Shown piece after piece: positions 7,747 through 16,514 of a stretch of DNA of 64,000 bases. The position numbers were made by a program, and so were the translations under genes. The first letter of the stretch is position 1, and every line of letters starts with the position of its first letter. The stretch is from a virus. Location of the stretch: the UHGV virus genome UHGV-1430915; one strand, 5' to 3'. The notes under the pieces are model-generated. The model did no database searches, was not told where the DNA came from, and worked only from the letters and a program-made list of their open reading frames with translations.

Positions 7747-8015
7747 GCTTCCTCGTCATCTAAGTAATCATCAAGAGAGGTGAAGATTTCACCGAAGTAT
7801 TCTAATACCTCCAGCTCTCTGGTGGTGCAACAAACATAATCTTCCTGGTCATCCTTGATAGTAGCCTCCTTACCTAGCACATCCACTTCAAATTCATCGT
7901 TTAGCAGGACGGCCCCTGTGTAAATTTTGTCTGCTGTGCAGTCCCGAAAAGCAGAGTCCTTCTCCAGATAGTCTGGCTTAACCTTGGCTTTAATTCGTTG
8001 ATATTGTTTGGTCAT
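7743..8015 (-). CDS. small acidic protein, paralog A of a tandem pair (90 aa from MTKQYQ...)
   Basis: Shares ...KPxx...AF(R/K)DCT...IY... and KDD(Q/E)xDxV(C/W)CT blocks with 8079..8333; start moved to ATG at 8015 (SD AAGGAGA) so it falls downstream of the promoter at 8047-8075. Confidence 0.5.
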   Translation of the reverse strand: MTKQYQRIKAKVKPDYLEKDSAFRDCTADKIYTGAVLLNDEFEVDVLGKEATIKDDQEDYVCCTTRELEVLEYFGEIFTSLDDYLDDEEA

Positions 8016-8046
8016 TGCTGTGGTCTCCTTTCGTTTTGATAGGGCC

Positions 8047-8075
8047 ATTATATTAGACCCCATCTCTATTGTCAA
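8047..8075 (-). promoter_or_regulatory. perfect-consensus sigma70 promoter, leftward (TTGACA-17-TATAAT)
   Basis: Complement of 8070-8075 is TTGACA, 17-nt spacer, complement of 8047-8052 is TATAAT. Confidence 0.65.
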
Positions 8076-8078
8076 GTA

Positions 8079-8333
8079 TTAATGCTCAGGTTTTACAAAA
8101 ACTACTTCGTTAACAGTGCACCAGACAGAATCCCCTTCATCATCTTTAAAGGTAAGACACTGGGCCGAGTTTTCCAACTCATCAAGTTCTTCTTGTGATA
8201 AATAGGTCCCTTCTTCCAGAAGGGCTTTTACCAGAGGGTTCTCACAAAACTCTGCTTCATAAATTGCACCGAGTGTGCAATCTTTAAAAGCTCGGTCATT
8301 TGCAACGCATTCTGGCTTCAAAGTGATTTGCAT
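8079..8333 (-). CDS. small acidic protein, paralog B of a tandem pair (84 aa)
   Basis: ORF track; motif sharing with 7743..8015. Confidence 0.5.
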   Translation of the reverse strand: MQITLKPECVANDRAFKDCTLGAIYEAEFCENPLVKALLEEGTYLSQEELDELENSAQCLTFKDDEGDSVWCTVNEVVFVKPEH

Positions 8334-8384
8334 CTTAGCAGTCTCCTCAATTATTTAAAAATCAAATCTCTGTTTGTGTGAAGT

Positions 8385-8413
8385 ATCTTATATCCAATCT
8401 TACTTCTTGTCAA
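8385..8413 (-). promoter_or_regulatory. sigma70-like promoter, leftward (TTGACA-17-TAAGAT)
   Basis: Complement of 8408-8413 is TTGACA and complement of 8385-8390 is TAAGAT; same -10 variant as the plus-strand promoter at 27527-27555. Confidence 0.5.
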
Positions 8414-8781
8414 TGGCTATTTTCAATCATCCACACAGGGTCGAGGTAAATTTGTTGGCGTTTTGCCCAATGACAAACTTCATTGTACATCTGAATCTCT
8501 TTGTCTGTCAATTCACGAATAGGCTCATCTATACCCTCATTTTTGTGGTAATCCCAGTCGGCATCGATTTCCCACAACCATGACTTACGATCTTCACGCT
8601 TACGCACACAGAAGTCCCCAGGACGGCCTGCCAGTGCATTTAAGAACTCGTTCTCCGCTCGCTCCTGAAGAATACTAAGGAGCAAAACGTTGGAGCATGA
8701 CCGTAAAATATGCTTCAGCTCACAATCATCGATCTCAACTTCAATACGTTGCTTGACTGTGTGGGTACCTTTTACTAACAT
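8410..8781 (-). CDS. hypothetical protein (123 aa from MLVKGTHTV...)
   Basis: ORF track frame; start moved to ATG at 8781 with strong SD GAGGAGG, removing overlap with the gene ending at 8792. Confidence 0.5.
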   Translation of the reverse strand: MLVKGTHTVKQRIEVEIDDCELKHILRSCSNVLLLSILQERAENEFLNALAGRPGDFCVRKREDRKSWLWEIDADWDYHKNEGIDEPIRELTDKEIQMYNEVCHWAKRQQIYLDPVWMIENSH

Positions 8782-8791
8782 TCTACCTCCT

Positions 8792-8986
8792 CTATACAAA
8801 CTCTGCAAGGGTTGTGTTGTTCACCGCACCGCAGTAGATGGAATATCCCAACCCATTAGGGTGCAGAAACCACGGCACACCTTGGTCATCCTTCACGTAT
8901 ACATCTCCATTTTCCGTGAAGGGCCAATACTCTTCCCCAAGGGTAAAATACCTACTCATACCTTCAGCCAGATACTTTACTTTCAT
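8792..8986 (-). CDS. small protein, member 1 of a tandem three-gene paralog family
   Basis: Shares the F..G..Y.V ... KDD(Q/R)G..W(F/Y)L ... G ... pattern with the two genes upstream. Confidence 0.45.
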   Translation of the reverse strand: MKVKYLAEGMSRYFTLGEEYWPFTENGDVYVKDDQGVPWFLHPNGLGYSIYCGAVNNTTLAEFV

Positions 8987-9210
8987 AGATCCTCTTCAAC
9001 AACTACAAACTTGGCAAGTAGGGTGGTCCCATAGATATGATACTCACCATTTGACAGATGGGAGATATACCAGGAGATACCGTCCTCGTCTTCGATCATA
9101 TTGTTCCTGCGATCCTTATCGTAATAAACCTTGTAGACCTTACCTTCTTCAAAGAATGACAGGTCTGTCATCTTTTCTTCTACAAACGTAGCTTTAACCA
9201 AAGTTGTCAT
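8983..9210 (-). CDS. small protein, member 2 of the tandem paralog family
   Basis: EEGKVYKVYYDKDRRNN...DGISWYISHL matches the family pattern; stop/start overlaps with neighbours. Confidence 0.45.
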   Translation of the reverse strand: MTTLVKATFVEEKMTDLSFFEEGKVYKVYYDKDRRNNMIEDEDGISWYISHLSNGEYHIYGTTLLAKFVVVEEDL

Positions 9211-9491
9211 TGATCTGTCTCCTTCTTGTTGAGCCGGAACACTGCAATAATAGCATTTCCAAGATGCAGTGTCAAATCATTCCCCAGATACCATAACATT
9301 CCACGGTCATCTTTAATGAAAGGGTAACAATCCGGTGCCTTCCAGACATTATACACTTTGCCGACCTGAAAGAAATCAGGCCCTGTTGGAATTTTAGTAC
9401 CGGGCCACACTTGGGACACCTGAACGCACTCTACCTGCATAATGACAGGGATAGTCATGGAGGTAAATGTTTTTGTTGGTTCTACTACCAT
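9207..9491 (-). CDS. small protein, member 3 of the tandem paralog family
   Basis: QVGKVYNVW...FIKDDRGMLWYLGNDL matches the family pattern. Confidence 0.45.
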   Translation of the reverse strand: MVVEPTKTFTSMTIPVIMQVECVQVSQVWPGTKIPTGPDFFQVGKVYNVWKAPDCYPFIKDDRGMLWYLGNDLTLHLGNAIIAVFRLNKKETDQ

Positions 9492-9542
9492 AAAAGTCTC
9501 CTCTCTTTGTCTAACAACACTTCCGTGTGTTGATAGTTTACA

Positions 9543-12320
9543 TTAGTGACAATCGCCCCAGTTACGACCGCACAAGTATTCACCTGTGATCTGGAACGGA
9601 ACGCCCATCATTTTAGAAGCCTGCCAGAAGCAATGCACCACCATTTCGCCCACAGGGCTCCAGATAAGTTCAAGCTTTCCGTCATCGTTCAAGATAGGAT
9701 CGTATACCGTATTTCCGTCCTTGTCAACCACTTCGTTTCCGTCCTCATCTTTGTGTGCCTTTTTGTACTTATGACCGTCGAACACATGAAGTTTAGCCTC
9801 TTGTTGGGCTTTAAATGTTTCCAGCTCTTCAATTGTGTCGAAGGTGTATACAGTTTTATACTTAGGGGTGTCAGGCACTTGAAGCTGATATTCGTCATGG
9901 TAATAAATAATACGACGAACACCTTCATCATACCATCCACGCTTCACCATTTGGTGGTGCATGAGGATTCCGACCAAGTCGCACAACGATGCACCGCCAT
10001 TTTGCTGATATGCATTAAGCAAAGAGTGTTTAGAGCGGGTCCAAATGGCATGCCCGTCAAAAGAGTAGATAAATTTCTTACCTGTTGCTTCCCAGAATTT
10101 CTCCAGATCCTCTTTGCGCCCCTTAAGACCTGGGTTGGCATCCCAGAGAGCATCAATTACTCTCTGCCCCAGTTCTGGAGAGATATCCAGCATATCTGCA
10201 ACTTTATCTTTTTGTGCCCCATACATAACCCCATACGTGATAGGTTTACCATCGTTACGAGACACCTCTCTACCTGCTACTTTTGTATATGCCTCAGCAT
10301 TGTTTTGGTGCGCGTCCCCGTTACTTACAACATCATAATACAGGCCGTTGTCAAACTCAAATGCACCCCAGGCCCCGATGAGCTGCTCTAAGTTGGACCC
10401 GTCAATACCGATCTCAAAGTATCCAGGAGGAACACCCCACAGACTACGCATCTCTTTACCCATAACCACTTTAGGAGATGGTTTAGGCATGTTTGCACAA
10501 ATACTATGTTTCTGTCTGGAAGTGTTTGTTAATCCAGAACTTTTAGCAGGAAGCTTGTGGTCAATCTTCAAACGTGGATGATTAAGAAGACCAGTATCAA
10601 CCTTATCTTCCTTGATTGGATCAAGGACCGATCTGCGGTTTCGCAATGATAACCACAAAACGATATCTTTAGCCATCTCTCCGTTCAATTTTTCAAGATT
10701 CGGGCACAGGTGTCCAAACGTATCTTTCAGTTGCGGAGAAGTAATAAGCGCTCTGGCTTTTCTACGTATCTTCCCAAACACTTCCTTTTTAATCCTTTCT
10801 GAGTTAGGGAAGCTTCGGAACTTATGCACAGTTGTCTGGAACTTGGCATCAGTTTTGTTCCAGAAGTTGATAATTAGATCACAATACTCTGACTCCAAAA
10901 GCTCGTCCATATATGCATATACTCGTGCATCAACATCTGCATCAGGTAAAGCTTTCTTCTTGCTGTCTTTAGTTACATCTTTAGTTCTCCACATTGTTGG
11001 GAGCCAACCAGCACTGATCAGGTATCGCTTGATGTCGTCCTGATTGCTGATTTTCATAGGTATCTTGCAGTCAGGCATTCGCTTCTGCTGTAGGTCACTT
11101 ATCGCCTGATCCATCAGCTCTTTAGGTAAAGGGTGTGGTGTAGAAGTTCCTTTGATATACCCCCTCAAGAAATCAGCCATCTTATCGGGGTCTTTACAGC
11201 CCATCTCTTCACACCATTTTATCCCCATCTTACTTACATCCCCTGTGGAGGTAAATGCTCGCTTAGGAGGAGCTTTGAACTCTAAAGCACTCATGTCCAC
11301 AGGGTAGCCAAGCTTGTCTTTTAACCATTTCCAACCATTATTGGAGATTGTCCCATCCTGGTTAAACGGCTTTTCAGGGAACTTAGGCCGCTGAGACATT
11401 GATAACTCTTTTAAAGGAAGTTGTGGTTCAACACGATCAGCGATCTCTTTCATCCACGCATCGCAACGGTCACGTAAAGCAATAGCCCCATCTATGTCGA
11501 AATACACCCCCTGTCGAGCCTGCAGCTCCATCAGGAAGTGCTGTAACATGCCTCGGCGTAATGCGTTCTTCCAGGTGATCTTCTTGAAGCCTTTCGGCTT
11601 CTCTTTGGCAGGATCGTACATAAAGTTCTGCATGTCAGATTTGCCGTAGAATACACCTTTTGATTCCGCTACCAACTCCTTCCAGAGCAACTCCTGAATG
11701 ATAACGTCCTCGAACACACGATCCACATACTTCCACAGCGGAAGCTCACGCCAGTCATCGATTTGAACTTTCTGGTTACCAAGGGCATAGCCCCATGCCA
11801 TAAGACCATGAGGTCCAACAGGCTGCATTTTCTTAGTAACTGGATTGAATACTGCGTCCGGACAACCTTTTGGCAAAGGGCGGTCAGGCCACAAGATTCG
11901 ACTCATCGCTAACGTATCAAACAGATTAACCTGGTGGTCGTTGATAGTTCCCATGCATTTAGGATCACGGAACATATCAAAATGAATACCGGATAATCTC
12001 TCCATCAGCATAAAGTCGTAGCTGTAGCAGTTATGACAGTTCAAAGCTGTAGGTGACCAGTCTGAGTTACCTGTAAGCCAACCCTCCAACTCTGAAAAAT
12101 CTGCTATGCGAACATCAAAATCTGTATAAAGGGTCTTCTTTGCCAGAATGAAGTTCTTAGCTTTCTCCACATCCTCTTCAGAGTAGTGTGTGTGGTCATT
12201 TAGAGGAAGGAACAGCATAAAACGGTTCTTATTCAACTCTTTAAACAAACCGCAGTGATAATAAAGATCTGGATCTTCCAGCAGGCCAGAGGCCTCAAAA
12301 TCGAAAGACCACATACTCAT
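9543..12320 (-). CDS. DNA polymerase, family A (T7 gp5-like, with 3'-5' exonuclease)
   Basis: Exo I motif FDFEASGL at residues 6-13 (the position it has in T7 gp5); motif A-like DGSNLEQL, motif B K..YG..YG, motif C YYHDE. Confidence 0.85.
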   Translation of the reverse strand: MSMWSFDFEASGLLEDPDLYYHCGLFKELNKNRFMLFLPLNDHTHYSEEDVEKAKNFILAKKTLYTDFDVRIADFSELEGWLTGNSDWSPTALNCHNCYSYDFMLMERLSGIHFDMFRDPKCMGTINDHQVNLFDTLAMSRILWPDRPLPKGCPDAVFNPVTKKMQPVGPHGLMAWGYALGNQKVQIDDWRELPLWKYVDRVFEDVIIQELLWKELVAESKGVFYGKSDMQNFMYDPAKEKPKGFKKITWKNALRRGMLQHFLMELQARQGVYFDIDGAIALRDRCDAWMKEIADRVEPQLPLKELSMSQRPKFPEKPFNQDGTISNNGWKWLKDKLGYPVDMSALEFKAPPKRAFTSTGDVSKMGIKWCEEMGCKDPDKMADFLRGYIKGTSTPHPLPKELMDQAISDLQQKRMPDCKIPMKISNQDDIKRYLISAGWLPTMWRTKDVTKDSKKKALPDADVDARVYAYMDELLESEYCDLIINFWNKTDAKFQTTVHKFRSFPNSERIKKEVFGKIRRKARALITSPQLKDTFGHLCPNLEKLNGEMAKDIVLWLSLRNRRSVLDPIKEDKVDTGLLNHPRLKIDHKLPAKSSGLTNTSRQKHSICANMPKPSPKVVMGKEMRSLWGVPPGYFEIGIDGSNLEQLIGAWGAFEFDNGLYYDVVSNGDAHQNNAEAYTKVAGREVSRNDGKPITYGVMYGAQKDKVADMLDISPELGQRVIDALWDANPGLKGRKEDLEKFWEATGKKFIYSFDGHAIWTRSKHSLLNAYQQNGGASLCDLVGILMHHQMVKRGWYDEGVRRIIYYHDEYQLQVPDTPKYKTVYTFDTIEELETFKAQQEAKLHVFDGHKYKKAHKDEDGNEVVDKDGNTVYDPILNDDGKLELIWSPVGEMVVHCFWQASKMMGVPFQITGEYLCGRNWGDCH

Positions 12321-12378
12321 ATACAGTTCTCCTTAAAGGGGAGGCGGTTGTACTACCCCTCCCACTCTTGGTTAAACA

Positions 12379-14457
12379 TTAAAAAGGTGTTTCGTCGTCT
12401 TCAAAACCCGGAACGTGGTTAGAGGACGGATCATCATACTGAAGATCTTCCTGTGTGTCAACAGGGTTAACAGCAGGAGTTATAACTTTATCAGCCACAA
12501 CCTTGCCCACAGGTGTTTCTACAACTGCATGCTCCTGATCCTCAAACATAGCTTGAGGTCTCCAAACAACCTCCCCACCTTCCCCGTCTGTAAACATCTG
12601 CATTTCTTTATCCCAATACCAATTGCTGGCATCGTGGAACTTGCCTGTGTGGGGATCCATAACTAGAGTGTCCGCAATACCTAAGGTTTTTGCTGGGCGG
12701 TTTTTAAGACCTACCAGCCGGACACGTCCACGGGAACGATCCACCATCTCCTCTGCCTCTACCCCGACAACCACCCAGCTAAGTTGCTCCAATCCGGCAC
12801 TACCGCGAAGGTTCTCTTTTCGTACAGGGTACCAGAAAGGTAACGGATTTCCATCCTTATCCTTCGGAGGTACAATCTCTGTGCGCTTCAGGTGAGCAAT
12901 CACCAAGATAAACACATTAAACTGCTTACAGAACGCGGCTAGTTGAGTCATAGCCATGTCAAGCTCTTTACGCTCATCCTTAACATTAAGCCCTGAAATC
13001 ACCATAGACAGGTGATCCAGCACAATGTAACGGCAGTGATACAGGCACACCATTTGTTTAAGCTTAGTGATCAGCTCATCTACAGGAATGGAGCCGAAAT
13101 GCTTGAACACTTTGATTTTTCCGGCCTTGGCCCAAGATTGATGAATCTCAGCGTGCTCCTGATCGGTCAGGAACTGACTGGGGTCTTCAACAAACTCTTT
13201 AACATCAAACCCCAGCTGGTTAGCGTACAGAGAGTTGATTGCTTCCTCAGGATCCTCTTCAAGGTGAATCAGGCACAGGCGATCATCCTCTTCATAATCA
13301 TCAGCTTTAGGGCATGTTGGATCCATCAAGTATCTTGCAATGCAATGTTCCAGCTTCTTGGCTACAGTTGTTTTACCACCGCCAGACGGGCCTGTCAGCA
13401 TCATCAAGGTGCCTTTGTGGAGTCCTTTCAGCATCTTCTGCAGTTTAGGGAACTCTGCACTGATATCTACGCCATTGGAAGTCTTCTTACGAAGAGATTC
13501 AATGGAGAAGTCTTCTAAATCAGATACAGCATCAGGCACATATTTGACTGGGTGACGGAACATGTTGACAATATCTTCCAGCTTTTTAGCCTTCAGCATG
13601 TCACGGATATCTTTTACACCATCAGGATCGTTTACCTCGCCAGGATATTCCACGTGGTAAACGTTGTCAGCCATCAAAAATGCTGCGATATTATGCGTAG
13701 CTTCAACACCTTTGATAACGTGTTTTTGCTTCTCTACCTCGTTAGCTGCATCGTTGTCCATTGCAAGGACTACTGTTCCGTAGCTACGGATAAATTTCTC
13801 ATTGTTCGCAAAAGTGTCTACTGCGTTTGCACACCCGCAGTTAATTCCAACAAAAGGCAGGCATGGTTTTCCTGCAAGATCGCCGCCGTTGATAACTGCA
13901 TCGATCCCATCCTGGACTTCTTTAGCCCACTGCTTCACCTTCGCTGGGGCTTTAGCATTGGTGAGAATTCCTTTTACTTGTACCTGATATGCAGCCTGCC
14001 ACGCTGCAATAACATCCCCTTCCCCCTCACAAACGTTAATCTGCTTGCGGTTGTTGGAGGATGCACACAGCTTTTGACCAAACATCTGGGAGTTGGCCTT
14101 TACTATGCCGACAACCGAGAAATGGCCCCTTTGCTCTTTAGGGATTGTCCAGTCACGCTTTTTAAAGCCAGATAGATTACCGTAGCGGTCGTAATACGGA
14201 AAGTAGGTGGCAGTAACAGTTACACCATCCTCTTGGGATAGCGATGATCGTACACCAAAATATTGTGCAGCCATCAGTCCAATATTTTGTTGTGGAACAG
14301 GGACAATTTTAGTATTTTCTAAAACAGTTTCTACAGTTTCAACTTCTTTTTCATCACGATAGTCTCGTTTCACACTTCCCCCACTTTTATACTTAGTTGC
14401 TTTCGGGTTTGGCTCACCGAAACGGTTGTATGCAGATGCCATGAATTTACTGCCCAT
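12379..14457 (-). CDS. bifunctional DNA primase/helicase (TOPRIM + DnaB-like; T7 gp4-like)
   Basis: TOPRIM acidic motifs CEGEGD and MDNDAANE; Walker A GPSGGGKTT; C-terminal acidic tail ending FEDDETPF. Confidence 0.8.
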   Translation of the reverse strand: MGSKFMASAYNRFGEPNPKATKYKSGGSVKRDYRDEKEVETVETVLENTKIVPVPQQNIGLMAAQYFGVRSSLSQEDGVTVTATYFPYYDRYGNLSGFKKRDWTIPKEQRGHFSVVGIVKANSQMFGQKLCASSNNRKQINVCEGEGDVIAAWQAAYQVQVKGILTNAKAPAKVKQWAKEVQDGIDAVINGGDLAGKPCLPFVGINCGCANAVDTFANNEKFIRSYGTVVLAMDNDAANEVEKQKHVIKGVEATHNIAAFLMADNVYHVEYPGEVNDPDGVKDIRDMLKAKKLEDIVNMFRHPVKYVPDAVSDLEDFSIESLRKKTSNGVDISAEFPKLQKMLKGLHKGTLMMLTGPSGGGKTTVAKKLEHCIARYLMDPTCPKADDYEEDDRLCLIHLEEDPEEAINSLYANQLGFDVKEFVEDPSQFLTDQEHAEIHQSWAKAGKIKVFKHFGSIPVDELITKLKQMVCLYHCRYIVLDHLSMVISGLNVKDERKELDMAMTQLAAFCKQFNVFILVIAHLKRTEIVPPKDKDGNPLPFWYPVRKENLRGSAGLEQLSWVVVGVEAEEMVDRSRGRVRLVGLKNRPAKTLGIADTLVMDPHTGKFHDASNWYWDKEMQMFTDGEGGEVVWRPQAMFEDQEHAVVETPVGKVVADKVITPAVNPVDTQEDLQYDDPSSNHVPGFEDDETPF

Positions 14458-15211
14458 TAATTCTTCTCCTTACTGCAGGCTCGTTTGCTAAGAATACAGC
14501 TCTTGCCCAGCCACGTGGTGTAAGGCTTCGAATCATCTTCGTCCTTGCACTCTTTCCACCTAGCTTAGCGTGTTGCATGGAATAACCACTAACCACATCA
14601 ACTATTTGCGGGACAGGTTTTGTGGCGGGGATTATAAATCCATTGCCTATCCAACCGCAAGTTATTTTTGGGTAGGCATCCCGTGGAGCTATAAATTCAG
14701 GAAACCAGGGGTTTACATCATCCTCCGGTAAATACCCGCCATAATCTGAAGGATGAAAACGGTAATCAGGTTTTCGCCACAGTGTGGACATAACTCCCAC
14801 AGGATTCTCTACATGCCACGGGCAATCGTAAATCTCTCCCAACTCTTCTGCAACCCGAGCATCTTTTACAGCATTAATTTGAATCAGAGGGTCCTTAGCC
14901 AGCTTTTTCTTAAAATGTGCAGCGCCTGATACTGCTAAATGCGTGCACGGAGGAAATGCAAGAATAAAGTCTGGAGCTGGGTACATGCAAAAAGTTTCTT
15001 GAGGGAACCACGGGTCAATCCAATAATCCACGTAGTGAATGTTGGGATGATCGGTTATCACCTCTGCATAACTGCCATGGTCAGCACCTTCTGCGTTAAA
15101 GCACAGGCACAGATATCCAGCTTTTGCCCAGTCAATAACTGCACCACCAGACCCGTCAAATAGACTCCACACAACACCTTTGTGGTAGTGTTCTTTGTAG
15201 ATAAATTTCAA
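14447..15211 (-). CDS. DNA (cytosine-5)-methyltransferase-like protein
   Basis: Motif I LFDGSGG, motif IV FPPCTHLAVSGA (PC catalytic dipeptide), motif VI VENPVG. Start is uncertain: the track GTG at 15241 lies inside the terminator hairpin, so TTG at 15211 with SD AGGAGA is preferred. Confidence 0.55.
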   Translation of the reverse strand: MKFIYKEHYHKGVVWSLFDGSGGAVIDWAKAGYLCLCFNAEGADHGSYAEVITDHPNIHYVDYWIDPWFPQETFCMYPAPDFILAFPPCTHLAVSGAAHFKKKLAKDPLIQINAVKDARVAEELGEIYDCPWHVENPVGVMSTLWRKPDYRFHPSDYGGYLPEDDVNPWFPEFIAPRDAYPKITCGWIGNGFIIPATKPVPQIVDVVSGYSMQHAKLGGKSARTKMIRSLTPRGWARAVFLANEPAVRRRINGQ

Positions 15212-15227
15212 TTTGCTGTCTCCTAAT

Positions 15228-15256
15228 GCAAAAAGCCCCACCCTTTCGGGCAGGGC
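15228..15256 (-). terminator. rho-independent terminator (minus strand), GAAA-loop family
   Basis: Minus RNA GCCCUGCCC-GAAA-GGGUGGGGC then U-tract; two G.U wobbles exist only on the minus transcript; near-duplicate of the 5069-5097 terminator. Confidence 0.55.
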
Positions 15257-15262
15257 CTAGTG

Positions 15263-15745
15263 TTAAACCCGGATACCTATTGTATACTCGGTGGATACCA
15301 ATGTCAAATCTAAATTTAAAATTTCTTGCATCTCATAGTATGCATCCAGAGTGAGATACATTTCCCCATCCTCTTCTACATACTTGTCGAGATGTTTGAG
15401 GCACTTTGGATAACTATCAAGGGCAGCTTTTAAGCACTCAAACTCCGTGCTGTTGATGAATCCTTCCATCTTGGCTACCCGTTCTGGAGTAACAATAGCA
15501 CTGTAGTGAGATTTAGCTTCCTGAATGCAATGGGTCCAAGCATCAACTTTCTCTTCAAAAAGCCCGAAGAATTTCTTTTTGGTGAGTTTCAGATTTTTTA
15601 AGTGCTTAAGCACTCGGTTGCCGATTACAGCCACATCACGAAACTTAAAGATAACTTTGTCGATATCCTCGCGGCCTATTTTCACAAAGCAGGCCTTGCA
15701 CATCTCGGGAGCAGCGTAGCCTACCTTCCACATAAAATCTGACAT
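15263..15745 (-). CDS. hypothetical protein (160 aa)
   Basis: ORF track. Confidence 0.5.
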   Translation of the reverse strand: MSDFMWKVGYAAPEMCKACFVKIGREDIDKVIFKFRDVAVIGNRVLKHLKNLKLTKKKFFGLFEEKVDAWTHCIQEAKSHYSAIVTPERVAKMEGFINSTEFECLKAALDSYPKCLKHLDKYVEEDGEMYLTLDAYYEMQEILNLDLTLVSTEYTIGIRV

Positions 15746-15757
15746 AACACTCTCTCC

Positions 15758-16153
15758 TTATTCCTGAAAAGCAACAATATCATATGCACTTGCAGATGAT
15801 CCTGGTGAAGAGTGACTCCAGTCTAGGTCATCAGAGTAGTCAGCATACTGTGCACCGCTACGTAGTTTGTATTTTACCCACTTACCTGGTGCAGGGTTTT
15901 CACCACCTTCCCATGTTTCCCAGCCTTCTGGTAGGCCATCCTGAGAGTAGTCGTCCACCTCACTAATAATCTTAGGGTTTGGCACCAAGATTCCTGCTGG
16001 TTCTTCCTTCTTAGCAAGTGTCCACACAATGTATGTGTCTGAACAGGAGCATGTCAGTAAAGTATACCCACTGTTCAGAACTTCTGAAAGCTCTTTTTCA
16101 GCATCTTCTAATTTGGTTAGGTGGTATTGGATAATCTTCACATCTGTAATCAT
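15758..16153 (-). CDS. hypothetical protein (131 aa)
   Basis: ORF track. Confidence 0.5.
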   Translation of the reverse strand: MITDVKIIQYHLTKLEDAEKELSEVLNSGYTLLTCSCSDTYIVWTLAKKEEPAGILVPNPKIISEVDDYSQDGLPEGWETWEGGENPAPGKWVKYKLRSGAQYADYSDDLDWSHSSPGSSASAYDIVAFQE

Positions 16154-16458
16154 CAGAAACCTCCTGTCTCTTCAGCAAATGCAGCCGCTGTTGTTGCTGC
16201 ATCCAGATAGGACTCTAGTTCACGTGCTGCCCGTTTGTAAATCGAGTGGCGCATATCGTTCGGCAGTTGGTGAAAATCCACCTCTTCTCCGTTGTGGTAA
16301 ACATGCACATCAGTAATCTGTCTAAATCCATAATAATCAACATCAGAATCACGGCACTCTGGATCTGGCAACTGGACAACTGCCTGAGCCTCTACAGTGA
16401 GCATATTGTCAAGTTCGAAATCGATTTCAAAAGTATATGGTTTATAACGCTTCATCAT
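16153..16458 (-). CDS. hypothetical protein (101 aa)
   Basis: ORF track; ATGA overlap with the downstream gene. Confidence 0.5.
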   Translation of the reverse strand: MMKRYKPYTFEIDFELDNMLTVEAQAVVQLPDPECRDSDVDYYGFRQITDVHVYHNGEEVDFHQLPNDMRHSIYKRAARELESYLDAATTAAAFAEETGGF

Positions 16459-16514
16459 TCGGTGTTCTCCTTATCTTGTGTTAAGAGTAGACCTCTCCTT
16501 CGATATTTTAAATA

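Noticed and set aside
9546-10391. Plus-strand 281-aa ORF (similar antisense ORFs at 13552-14175, 38160-38753, 39084-39848, 49679-50365, 53986-54708, 58024-58527)
   Set aside because: All are nested antisense inside long minus-strand genes with recognisable motifs; shadow ORFs
12335-12365. Hairpin between primase-helicase and polymerase genes as a terminator
   Set aside because: Short imperfect stem with no clear U-tract; may be an attenuator but the evidence is weak
15211-15241. GTG start of the C5-MTase-like gene at 15241
   Set aside because: That codon lies inside the terminator hairpin; TTG at 15211 with SD AGGAGA is more plausible, though still uncertain
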